Position numbers and translations under genes: made by a program | Part shown: positions 11,678 to 23,290 of the stretch, in pieces | Numbering within the stretch: position 1 is the stretch's first letter | How the letters are laid out: each line of letters begins with the position of its first letter | From: Camelus dromedarius | Lineage: Eukaryota | Direction of reading: 5' to 3' | Assembly (NCBI RefSeq): GCF_036321535.1 | Contig: NC_087451.1 | Coordinates: 41,540,001-41,604,000 of the forward strand | Length of the DNA: 64,000 bases | Notes under the pieces: model-generated | Seen by the model: the letters and a program-made list of their open reading frames with translations, nothing else | The model's database searches: none | Told to the model about the DNA's origin: nothing

Positions 11678-11693
11678 CAGCGCCCCCTCTCGG
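11678..11693 (-). promoter_or_regulatory. Candidate CTCF site about 1 kb upstream of the CRHR1 TSS
   Basis: Reverse complement CCGAGAGGGGGCGCTG versus the CTCF core CCACCAGGGGGCGCTG; the high-information AGGGGGCGC part is intact. Confidence 0.55.
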
Positions 11694-12524
11694 CAGAGCC
11701 CTCAGGGTAGGGTGAGCCGCTCCGACAGACCTCCCCGCCTTTATCCAGCTTGACTCCCTAGTTCCCAATTCCGTCCCCTGCTGGGCGAAGCAGCTCCCGC
11801 TTCCTCCAGCCCCTTAAACTCTCCCCTCCAGCCCTTCCAGTTGGACAGAACTTTTGCCTTCTCCTATCTTTCCCCTCCTCCTGCCGGAGCTGAAAAGGGA
11901 GGTAAAGAAATGACTACCCCACAGAGCCTCCTCGGCCTGCAGCGCCAACCGAAGCACCCCGAGCGGAGCACGGTCCCAGAGTGGTTGTCAGCCGGCGTTG
12001 TAATCAAACTCTGAACCTAACTGCCCTGGATTCTGTGTCCTGCTGCACCCCTGCCTCCTTCCCTCCACCCACATCTCATCACATTGAGCAAAAGCCGGTG
12101 CATTCATGGGTCCAACTGGTTCTTCGTTTAGGAGTTACTGTAAAAGGTCGTATGAGGAAACTGAGGCTCACAGAGAAGTGGTGACCGGTCCAAAGCTACA
12201 TAGCTGGTAAGCCTAGTCCACAGCCTCCTGATTCCCACCTCAAAGTGCCTTTTGAGCTGGACTCTGACGGGGATTGGGGCTCTGAAGTGGGGAGGAGCAG
12301 TGCCCAGGAAGCCATCTGGTCACTCTGCCTTAGCCATTGGGTGGCACTTTCTAAATGAAGCACACAGTCCCAAGTCTTGAAGAACCCCCAGCTGGTTAGT
12401 GTCCCAGAGGTGGTCATATTGAGCTTGGCACAGACTCACCCCAACCAATACCAGAAGAGACGGATGCACCAACCAGATTGCCAAATGCACTTTTCTCAAC
12501 AAAAATTAAATACAGAGTTGTCCA

Positions 12525-12745
12525 GTGTAGCACAGGTTCTGGAGTCAGCCTAAGTTTGAGTCTTAGCTCTTCCGCTTACACGCTGTATAAATCTGAAAAA
12601 TGATTTAATACTGCCTCATCTATAAAATAGGGGAAGGAATACCTACCTCACAGTGTTGTTGAGAGGTTTTAGAAAGTTAATAATTGTAAATGACTTGGAA
12701 CGGTGTCCAGCACATAGCAAGGGCTTATTGAAGGTTACCTGTAAT
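12525..12745 (+). mobile_element. MIR
   Basis: ggttctggagtcag..cctcatctataaaatagg..acctacctcacagtgttgttgagagg..cagcacatag. Confidence 0.75.
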
Positions 12746-13889
12746 CACCATCATCATCATCATCATCAAGTGGACCAGATGCTCAAATGCATGGGCAGCA
12801 CAGCCCCTCCCTCTAGGCAGTGTAAAGCAGAGTTCTTGATTAGAAGGTAACAGCAGCAATGGACTATGGAAACAGTGGAGAGGGAGCTGGCGGGTCCTCA
12901 GGGAGGTTTGCCCAGGCCCTGCAGAGGCCTTGCTCCCCAGCCCTACTTGACCTTGGAGCTGACTCTCCAGGGACCAGACAGTTCCAGATTTCCAGATTCT
13001 GTTTCTCTCTGCTTAATAAACACAATTTCACCTTTCTGAGCCCCTTCACCCTCCCCTTGACATGATCTTTAAATATGCTAATGCTATCGATTAGGCTGTA
13101 ATCAAGTCTTGCTCTTCTGGCTTTTTTAGACCTTCTCTTTCTAAAGGAGCATCTACCTAAAGGGGCATCTATAGATTTCACATTTCACATTTCACCCCCT
13201 CCCAGTTGACTATGTTGATTTCATTGACTTAACCTCCACATTCCCCCCACCCCAGGTAAAAAGAGGAGCCTTCTGTATCACTCCATTACGTTCTTATTTA
13301 TAGTTTTGGCCTTGACCATCCCAGGGAGGTTATGAGAGGCTCATGTTTAACACCCCTTCTGTAAAAGTATCCCATATCCCCTTTCATTTGTCCTGAAATT
13401 GCTTCTTTCCACCTTCAAGAGCCCAGCTCTCATCTGCTCAGCTTGGTGAGGATGCCAGGGCCCAGGGCCTTCCCTGCATTTCCTCCCCTCAGCCCCAGCC
13501 ACTCCAGCCAACCAGCTCAATGGCTCAGGATGTACTCCTTAGGCAGCCTCTCCAACCCTCCTCAGGACACCTCCTGCTCCATCTCAGCATCCTCTTCCCA
13601 GCCAGACCCCTCCCAAACTCTTTGACCCCTCCCTTACTCTTTCCTCTTCCTGTCCAGGCCCAGACCAAAGTCAGCTTTCATTCAGTGAACCTGACAGATT
13701 TGAAAGAAAAGAGAAATATGAGGAATCTAAATCAGAATAAAAGACAATTCCACGTCCTTCCAAACAGTAGGAGAGACAGATAGGAGAACAAATAGTAATG
13801 GGTGGGACCCAGCAAAGGAGGGCTGAGCACGCCCCCTCTGCCTGTGGGGTTTTGTTGGCTTTAACCATGGGCATCCCAGTGAGGTTGAT

Positions 13890-14196
13890 GGTTTGGAACT
13901 GTATTTCTTAGACTGCTTGTGATGAAGAACCAGTTCTTGATTTTTAAATTTCTCATCTGTTGCAGAATGATACTATTGCAACATACAGTGGGAATAAATT
14001 ATTAGAATAAATGAAATAAAAAATAAAGACATACAAAATAGAAGTCCAAATTTCAGAACGATTAGATTCAGTGGACATAAAACTACTCTGTCAAATTGCT
14101 TTAAAATGCCTACCAGCTTACTTTCAGTCTCTGCACCTGTCTTGTCACAGACTGGCAACAAATAGTTTGCAGGCAGATCATGCTTGGAGTAGCACT
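13890..14196. mobile_element. Probable hAT-Charlie DNA transposon relic
   Basis: AT-rich block ending tgcttggagtagcact, resembling the inverted CAGTGCTACTCAAAG terminal repeat. Subfamily not determined. Confidence 0.4.
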
Positions 14197-14289
14197 ACAA
14201 TGCTTCTGGAAGTATGAGGTCAGGAAAACGGCCTCATGGAGGGAGCAACTTATAAAATCACATAAACATAGAGGGAGATGGTGTTAATT

Positions 14290-14570
14290 ACTCAATTCAT
14301 CTGTGCATTCATTCAACAAATGTTTAATGAGCAACAACTATATACCAATCACTGTTGGATGCCCAAGCTAATAAAGATTAATATAGCAAGGCCTTAGCCC
14401 TCAAGATGTTCAGACTGGAAGGGAGACAACCACTTTGATAAATAGTTAAAAGCTAGTGAAATTAGGTCAACAATAGACCAGGCACCATGGGTACAGAGGC
14501 AGAAATATTAATTCTGCCCAGGGCCAACAGGGGAAGGTCTACCGAGGAAGTGATATTGTGCTGGGGTCTG
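14290..14570 (-). mobile_element. L2 3' fragment
   Basis: cattcattcaacaaatgtttaatgagcaacaactatatacca...ccctcaagatgttcagactgg. Confidence 0.65.
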
Positions 14571-15059
14571 GAGGCAGAGAGGCAGCTGTTCAGTTCCACG
14601 TGGCCATCCGGCACTCAATAAATGAGCTAATTTGTGTAAAGGCCTTAGGGCAGTGCCTGGCACATAGTGAGTGCTTCAAAAGTATTTGCTGTTTTTATTA
14701 TTAAATCTTATAAATTATCATCAGCATCAGCATCGTCCTCATCCACCTAGATTTACCCAGCGCTGTGCTTAACTTAGACTTGGGATTGTGGGGTTGTAGG
14801 TAGCTCAACTGGGGGAAAAGGGTGACCTTGACTCACACCCTTTGTCAGAGGAAAGACCTTCTGGAGAATGTGGGTTGAGAGTTGGTACTGAAGGACGTGG
14901 GTGTGGACAAGTGAAGATGAGAGGGAGACCTTATAGGCAGGAGAGTCCCTTAGAGACACAGCCAGGGGAGGAGACTGCTTTAACGGGGACAAGCAATGGA
15001 GGTGCAGTGACTGGGTGATATTACTCATTCTCTCATTTAGAACAACATATAATAACAGT

Positions 15060-15260
15060 ACTAATTAGGATTTGTATGGCAATTTGTGCCTCATAACAAA
15101 CATTTTCTCATTTAATCGTTCTAACAACCCCGTAGAGGAGGTGTTAGTAGTCACTTTACAGATGAGAAAGCTGAACTCAGAGGTTGATACCGTGCCCAAG
15201 GTCACACAGCTGGCTTTAGTACAGTCAGGATTCCAGCCCATGTTCCCAGATCCCACTCCA
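15060..15260 (-). mobile_element. MIR
   Basis: ctcatttaatcgttctaacaaccc..tttacagatgagaaagctgaactcagagg..gcccaaggtcacacagct. Many similar MIR relics occur elsewhere (about 5750, 20640, 33520, 46200, 48500, 50490, 55990, 56330, 58740). Confidence 0.75.
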
Positions 15261-15755
15261 GACATTTTCCAGTGTACTATGGTGGGGTGACCTGAGCCTA
15301 GCCCCGCAGGGAGCTGTGATACCACCTATAGGAGGCCCTGGCTCCAGAAAAATGATGCTCAGGACCAGTCTTTCCCTTTTTCTTTTCCTGGGAGATGCAG
15401 AGGCAAGCCACACAACAGAGCCTGACAGTGACCATAGACAAGGGTGGGCCGCTAGGTCACAAAGACTCCTCAGGTGACCTCCTCCTCCTCCTGAGTCTGA
15501 GTTTGTATTAATCCAGGGCAAATATGCTTACTTTGGGCACAATTGCCGTATTTTTGCATGTATTAAGTGTGGCCAAGAGGGCCACTGAAGTTTGTTTTTA
15601 AGGAAATTTTTTAAAGGTGTACTGAAGTAAGAAGGGTTAACACCCGGGGAAGGAAGTGAAAACAGATCAGAGGTGCCAGCCAGAAGCGCAGAGTCTAAAG
15701 GAAGGGCACACACTCACATACCTTTACAGAGAGATAACGTCCCTTTAGCCTAGAC

Positions 15756-15966
15756 TAGAGGATCTCAACTAGGGGTGCCTCTCCCTCCCAGGTGATGTTT
15801 AGCAATGTCTAGAGACGTTTTTGGTTGTCACAACTGAGTGAGAGCTCCTGCCATTTAGTGGGTAGAGGCCAGGTATGCCACTAAATATCCTACAAAGCAT
15901 AGGACAGCCTCCACAAAATACACTTATCTGATTCAACATATCCACAGTGCTGAGACTGAGGAACTG
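15756..15966 (+). mobile_element. MER20 (hAT-Charlie MITE)
   Basis: gcaatgtctagagacgtttttggttgtcacaact...tagtgggtagaggccaggtatgccactaaatatcctacaaagcataggacagcc matches the recalled MER20 body. Confidence 0.85.
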
Positions 15967-16929
15967 AGGCCCTAGACAAGAGTTTGGTGCCATGGACAGC
16001 AGAAACTCTGGCTTTCCGTGGGGCTATGATCCAAACCTAGACTTTCTACTCCGTCTGAAAATCACAGAAGGGCAAAGGTTTCCCACTCTACACTTCTTGA
16101 ACTCCATCATTTCCAAAACACTGAGGCCCCAAGGAAGGCACTGGGGTAATACCAATGGTGGGGGCACCCTGCTTAAGGCCACGCAGCTGGTAGTTGACAG
16201 AGCCAGAACTTGAGGACTCTGGGGTTTTCGTGAACGTTCCTCACCTCTCTGCCAGGCTACCGCCCAGTCCTCTCCCCTCATCACCTCTTTTGTAGGTATA
16301 GTTTGTCCTTTTTTTCCTATTCATAAAATCCCATTTAGAACTAATAGAGTTCTCATAGAAATCTGCTAGTCTAATAAGCAAGGTGCTATTATTTCCATTT
16401 TACAGATTGCTAATTGAAGTCTAGAGGTTAAATATACAATGTGCCTATCTGTTTGCCTGAAGAGCCTTGAACTCTGGAGGGCCGACAACTCCCCATTCAT
16501 CTCAGCAGTCCCAGCCCCTGGTCAAGTCCTGTGTCTCAGCAGATGCCAAATGAAATGTTTCCAGTTAATAGTCAGTTTTACTGTGGATTAGACCCCAGGC
16601 TCCTGCCTCCAGAGCATAATACTCTGTAGGCATCCATTCTTTTCTGGGTCCCTCTCACCCCCAGTGAGGCACCCCCTCTTCTAGAGTTTGACCTCGCCCC
16701 AGCTCTGAATGGGAGCTCCCCAGAACAGACAGTTATGGCTTCTTGGTGGGAAACCACAGAACTGAGCCTCAGTGAGACCTGTTCACTCCTTCCCTCCTCT
16801 TTCCTCAGGGTCTCAGGGTGGATCAGATTCTCCCTCCATGTCCCTGGGGATGTCTGCACTACCTCCTGAGATGTCCACACAAACTAGCCACCCTGACCTT
16901 CCCTGGTGGCTTACAAGTCGCAGAACAAG

Positions 16930-17320
16930 ACAAAGAGAGACCGAGGAGACCTATCAACCAATGCAATATATGGACCTCATTTGGACCCCGATGCTAACAA
17001 ATTGTAAACAAACGAAAAACCCACCTATAAATAATTGGAAATGTGAATTCTGATTAAACATTTAAAGTATGATAACAGCATTGTGGTTATGTACTTAAAA
17101 TGAGTCATAGTCTTTTAGAGACACAAACTGAAATATTTACAGGTGAAATGACATGATGTCTGGGATTTGCTTTGAAGTAATATGGGAAGGGAGGAAGTGG
17201 ATGAGGATAGTCATGAAACAAGATTGGCCATGGGTTGTTAATTTCTGAATCTGGGTTATGGGTACATGGGGGTTTATGATAACATTTTGTCTATTTTTAT
17301 GTATTTAAAAAATTCACAGC
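16930..17320 (+). mobile_element. Old L1 (L1MC/L1ME-like) 3' fragment
   Basis: gataacagcattgtggttatg...gaaatatttacaggtgaaatgacatgatgtctgggatttgcttt...gggtacatgggggtttatgata is typical of L1MC4/L1ME 3'UTR. Confidence 0.7.
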
Positions 17321-17509
17321 ATGCGACAGTTGCCTGGGCCCACTTACAGAGTATGCAGACCAGGGTTTCCAAATCATTTTTTGTAGAACCTTAAGATTGC
17401 AAAAAGATACTTCAGGGACTGATGCTCGAGATGGGGGTGGGAGGAGGAAGCGGTGATAAGGAGACTGGGGAGAAGGCTCTGAGGCTACACTTTTGTTTGA
17501 ACCAGTTTT

Positions 17510-17658
17510 TTTTTTTTTTAAATTTATTATTTTTTTTTGTAGGGGGAGGTAATTAGGTCTATTTGCTTATTTATTTTTAGAGGATGTGCCGGGGATTGAA
17601 CCCAGGACCTCATGCATGCTAAGCTTGCGCTCTACCACTTGAGATATACCTTCTCCCC
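17510..17658 (-). mobile_element. Camelid tRNA-derived SINE (Vic-1-like)
   Basis: Poly-T, gggggaggtaattagg, ggggattgaacccaggacc (B box), ctctaccacttgagatatacc. Perfect TSD TTGAACCAGTTTT (17497-17509 and 17659-17671). Confidence 0.92.
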
Positions 17659-20189
17659 TTGAACCAGTTTTATACCCTGGAGTTGTACAGGAGATCTCAT
17701 TTTGGGAAAAGGGTTTTTCTCAGAAAAGAAAGCAATTTTTCTAAGACCAGGTGGGTTGTGGCAGAGCTGGACAGAGCCCCGTCTTCTGACTCTGACTCCT
17801 GCACTCTGCACTGCACCACACGGCTGTCCTCAGGCCTGGCTGATGCCCCACAGGACTCAGGGGACCTGAGGCCTAGGTTTAGTGAGCCAACCCAAGATGA
17901 GGGATGGGCCACGCCCCGCCTGCCCTGAGGTGCCCCAGTGGACATGAAGCTTCCATGGGCCACTTATTGCTTGATATCCAAAGTCAGGCCTGTGGCTCAG
18001 AGCCAGCCTCAGCCTTGCTGGCTGCCATCTGGCCAAGCCCCAGGGGCTCACCTGGATGGGAGCCAGAACCTCCAGGCATTCCTGAACTAGAGAAGTGCTG
18101 ACCAGGGCTCAGCCCACCCGCCACATATCAGCCCACCCCAGAAGAAGGCCTGGTGCTTGCCCCTTCCCAAGTCTCTACTGCATGAGAGGACTTTTGGAAG
18201 CTGGCCAGATGGTTCCATCTGGATGTGGTCAGGAGCAAGGGGTGATAAAGGCTGAAGTTATTGGGTCCCACCAGCAGGTCATGTTGAGGAGGAACACAGA
18301 GGGCTCCTGAGTCCGAGGCAGAGAAGGGGAGAAAGAGGGGAAATTACCTGAGACACGTAGGAAATCCATTCACAGGAAACAGCCTGATAGGACTCCTGAG
18401 CTCACAGAGGAAGATTAGGCGTGTTGGCGATGAAGGAGGCCGTGCTGGCTGTGCACAGGATCTCCCATTTGCCCCTCCACACCCACCCTCCACCTTTCCC
18501 TACCTGCTGTCCACCCCATGCCACTGGTGTGAACTGCACCAATGGGCTGCCTCACCCTCCCACTTCCCGTTGGGTTTAGCCAATAGGAAGCCCCAGCTGC
18601 AGATCAGCAGCAGGGAGGTGACATGGGGTATTTAACCCACCAGCTGTCTCCCTGGGGGGTGGCCATGGGCAGGCTGTGTCCCTTGACAGGGGGTCCTGGA
18701 TACTGTCATGGCAGCCTCTCTGCATCACTCTCCTTCAGGGTTCTGGTAATCTTGCCCTCTTCCCACCCGCTCTCTAGCCCCATGATCCTTGTGGTTTCCC
18801 CATCCTGTGCAAATCTTTCTAAACAATCTCTTTAATAAACCCATCTCAATTAGCCAGGTTCAGATAGGCTATTCATTTCCTTGCGAAGAACTTGATTGAT
18901 GCAGGCTGCTTAGAATCTGAGTTTGCAAATGTGATTGCACAATGAATCTTTTTTTGTGAGTAACCCTAGTGAACTAGAGGGTTGATGAGGCCTCCCTGGG
19001 GGGCCTGACTGGACAGAGAGGGCAAAAGGTGAAGGCAGGATGTGAGGCAACCAAAACAAATGAGCAGACACCCCAGAGGAGGGCATCTGGCTAGAGGTGT
19101 GGTTGGTAAATGTATCAGGAGGAGACCTGAGGGTCTTCCGCAAACCTCACTGGAAGGATATTGTTATGGGGCAGGGAAGGGCTGGAGGTGGAGGGGTCCA
19201 GGGAAAATAGCAGCGAGGCTAGGCTCTGCCCGTCTCTCTCTAGCTGTGCTAAGAAAGACAGCTGTGCACAGCACAACTTCATGGGTGCCCTGGGGGCCTG
19301 GGCCTATGGCTGCTGAACTCCCAAGGATGAGCCCCATTGGCTGGACAAGAAATTCCTGCCCAACCTACCTTCCTCTCCTTGCTCTGAGTTCCCCTGGAAG
19401 CAACCTGCTGGAGCCAGAATGAATCCTGGACACTGCCAAGCTCCCTGCCTTGGCACTTTTCCTCAAGCTGTGCCAGCTGCTTGGAGTGCTCTGACCCTCT
19501 CCAGGACAGCTAGACTCACTCCTGAACTGCCACAGCACTCCAGGACAGCCCACCTCTCTCCTCCATCAGTTCCCATCTTACATTAGGGATGTGTTGGCAA
19601 ATTTGCCTGCCAGCCCTTGCCCAGTCATCCACTTGCCGTGTGATTTTGGGCAAGTCAGGTCTCCTCTTTGGATTTTAGTTTCCCTGTCTGTGAAAGGGCA
19701 GTGGTAGTGATGGTATATTAGGGAAAGTCTCCTGCGCTTTGCAGACTTGCATAAATCCACGGATCGATGTCTTCTGTCCCACTGATAGACGATGCCAAAG
19801 TAGAGAGCACGCTTCACTCATTCATTCTGGTATTCCCCACGGCACCTAGCAGAGGGGCCCAGTGGGTAAGGGTTGGTGGATGGGTGGTGGGTGGATGATA
19901 AATCTCCCTAGAGTGGAGAAAGGCAATTCATTCCATGGCTCTAAGTTAATAGAAATGTCCCCTGGGAACGTCCCACCTCCTGACTAATCCTGCATGGTCT
20001 CATTTGTTACCTTTCCTGAGCAGGCCATCCCTTGAAAGATGCATCAAGAACCAGCAATAATTGTTATCCTTTAGAGGAACACAAGACCATTGACCACAGT
20101 TACTTCTGGTGTGTGAGCTTGGGGGTCTTGGGAGAAAAAAACAAATGTTCCTTGTATTTCCTTGTGTTCTCTTTGGATTATTTTTAAAA

Positions 20190-20341
20190 GGGTATTAATT
20201 TTTTTTTTTTTTTTTTTTTTTGGCGAGGGAGGTAATTAGGCTTATTTACTTATTTATTCTTAGAGGAGGCATTGGGAATTGAACCCAGGACCTCATGCAT
20301 GCTAAGCATGTGCTCTACTACTTGACCTATATCCTCCTCCC
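20190..20341 (-). mobile_element. Camelid tRNA-derived SINE (Vic-1-like)
   Basis: Same architecture with a long T tract. Near-perfect TSD of about 20 bp: ctctttggattatttttaaaa (20169-20189) / ctctttgggttattttaaaa (20342-20361). Confidence 0.92.
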
Positions 20342-22598
20342 CTCTTTGGGTTATTTTAAAATCCATAAGTCACTTTTAAAACATAAAGAAGTCCTTTTGG
20401 AAAAAAGTCATAATTTTTTATGACTTAAAGAATTTTTTAAAGTCATGATAATTATCTGTTTGGTTTCCAAGGAGGGGAATTGGATAGTTGAGGATTGAAG
20501 CAGGTGGGGAGCAGGGAGGAGACTCATTGGTCAGCTTATATCCTTTGGTACCTTTGGACTTTTGTACCATGTGTATTCATCATCTATTAAAAAATAAATA
20601 CAAATTGAGAAATCACTAACCCATATATGGATATTCTTACAGAGAAATGAGGCCCTTTCACATGCAGTAGCTTACTTAACCTTCATCACAACCCTAAGTA
20701 GCCATTATTATCCCTATTTTCAGATGAGGAAACCAAGACTCATAGAGGATTAAAGGTTTGCTCAAGTTCCTTAGTTGGTGTGTTGTGGCATTGAGACTTA
20801 CACTCTGGGTTTCTAATCCTAAAGTAAGCTGCCACTGAGGCTTAGCTTGCCAAATATACTTGCATTACAGGAAAACAAATTGGCATTTTGATGTATGACT
20901 CAGTCTCTAGAAGGTTTGTTTAGTGTGAGTCATTCCCACTGAGCTCTGTCTCATTGGAGGCAGCCAAAATAACAAAGTTCCCAATGCTGCAAAGTTGAGG
21001 CAGAGACACAGTGGGCTCCCCAGGGCTGAGGAGACCCCAGTAAAATACAGACATGAGCGGATCCCCAGGCCCCCATCACACTTCAGCTCCTCATCTGGCC
21101 TCTTTATCTTTGGAAATTTTACCTTAAACCTCACTCTCTCCAGGAAGCTTTTACTGACACCCAAGGCTAGCTCTTTGGGCTTCCCCTTGCCATTCAAAAC
21201 ACCCATGTCCAAAGTCTTGTTTCCCTGCTACACCCTAAGCTCTGTGCCTTGTTCACAAGTACCCTCTAGCACAGCTAGCCCTGGGCCTGGTACACAGCAG
21301 GAACTCAATAAATACTTGTCAAATCAATGAATAAACCAATGGCCAGGTCCTTACTCTCCTGGGCTGATCACAGGTGCACGAGTGCAGGCAGGTGGCCACA
21401 GTGGATGGGCCCAGATGACTCCTCAGGTGTTCGTGCTTGCTAACTCCAAGTCTCTGGCAGAGGAGGGGTTGTGGGCAAAGTAGCCACTCATCTTGTCAAC
21501 GAATGAGTGTTTGCCCTTTCCAGGCTGCCCAGCCCCCAGCCCAAATACCCCATAAGGCCCAGGGACTTGGGGGTGGGGGTGCTCTGGTGGGTGGATGAGC
21601 CACGGGCCCCTCCCTGAGGTGCAGGTTCCAGCGTGGCTGAGCTCTGGGGGGTTGGGGGGAGTTGAGGTGGCAGTGGAGGGGGAGGGAGCTGTGGGAAGCC
21701 TCAAATGGCTCCTAGCCACCCCTGAGTAGTGTCACCTCTGATATTAACTCGGCGGAGCTGTGTCCAAATTGCTCATTTCTGAGTCGCCACCTTTCTCATC
21801 TCTCCCTCTATACATCCCTGCCTCACCTCTCTGACCTCCCAAGCTGAGCCACTTCTTCCACAATGACAGGAAGAAACGGAGGCAGAGGGAGACTGAGTTC
21901 CATTCTCTCTGGAGCTTGTTCAGATTTTCAATGAGCCATGGCCCGGCTCTCACCCTGACACCAGGCCCTCAGGGCCCCAGCCCATCCTCCCTCTGACATC
22001 CCCTCCCTGGCGGGCTCCTCCCCTCCTCCAGCCTCCCCTCCTCCCTTCCCGCCCTCACTCCGACTCAGCCACAGGATATCTGCGCCCCGGCGAATGAATT
22101 TCAGCGTTCCGGAAACCCTGGGAAAGCCCAGCCCCACTGGTGAGCTAAAGCTGACTTGGTCTCCAAGCCGAGCTGCTGTATTTATTAACCCTTCACTCCA
22201 GCAAGACCGTCATTGACTCCGCAAATGCTTTCTCATCATTATTCCAACACAACCTTTATTAGGCACCTGTTATGGAGGAAGCTTCATGGGAGGAGGGGGC
22301 AGTGGGGCTGGGGACACAGCCCTCTTCCTCGTGGGTGTACGGTCTTGCAGGAGCAGCTGCAGTGTAAAGGGCTCTGTGCGAGACAAAGGTCGCCTCTGTG
22401 AAGCCAGCAGAGCTGCGGTCTGGTCTGGGTCTTGCCGCCAGCCAGCTGTGTGACCTTGAGTTACTTCCTTCTTCTCTCTGGACCTTGGTAATTCTATTTG
22501 TAAAATAAGGAGTTGAACTAGGACAGCATTTTCCCAACTGTAGTTTGCAATCCATTACAGGATGGTAAAATACATTTAATGAGTCAGAACCAGCATTC

Positions 22599-22623
22599 AA
22601 AAAAAAAAAAAAAAAAAAAAAAA
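22599..22623. repeat. Poly(A) tract of about 25 nt
   Basis: Direct reading; no SINE head visible immediately upstream. Confidence 0.9.
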
Positions 22624-22869
22624 GGAGCAACTACACCAGAATCAGAGCACTGCACATAGTAGAGGTAAGCATTACATAAAGAAACTTCTTTCAGTTATTG
22701 GTATGTGTACATGTGTGTATTTTGTATCTGTGTGTGTTTACAGGTATACAGTTGAGTGTGTACATGTATGCATTGTGTGCATTGTATGCTTATGTGTATG
22801 TGTGTGTGTTGGGTCACAACACAGACTAGATTTCTTATAATGGGTCACAGTCAAAATATTTGGGGTAAC

Positions 22870-23290
22870 GCTGGTTTAGGTGGTCCCTAAGGGTCTTCTG
22901 GCTCCAGTACTACATGATTCCAAATGCTGCTGGAAGAGGGACCCTGGGGGACTCATTCTAGTTATGGAACAGGGAAGGCTTCACAGAAGAGATAGTGGCA
23001 TTTGTACTTTCAAAAATGGATTAGATTTACACCAACAGAGAAATGTGGTGCAGGGACAGAGGGGAGAAGGAGAAGTGGCATTCTAGGCAGGGGCGCCATT
23101 GTGAACAAAGGCCCAGTGGTGGGAGTGTGCTTGCTCTGTTTGGAGAACAGGGAGTTGTATAAACCTGGAGCAGAGCATGACTGGGAGGTCTTGAGGTTGG
23201 AAAGGTGGGCTGGGGCCACAGCTTGTGAGTACCTTTGGCTTCCACGTGAGGGCTTCTCACAGGTGTGGTGGGGAGCCAGGTGAGGCTCCA
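22870..23290 (-). mobile_element. L2 fragment
   Basis: cagggaaggcttcacagaagag...ggcattctaggcaggggcgccattgtgaacaaaggcccagtggtggga. Confidence 0.6.

Larger units (their letters stand above)
9440..11990. promoter_or_regulatory. CRHR1: CpG island / GC-rich TATA-less promoter of CRHR1
   Basis: Very high GC and CpG density against CpG-depleted flanks. Spans exon 1. GC boxes at 10825-10834 (CCCCGCCCCC) and 11078-11086 (GGGCGGGGG). Confidence 0.9.
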
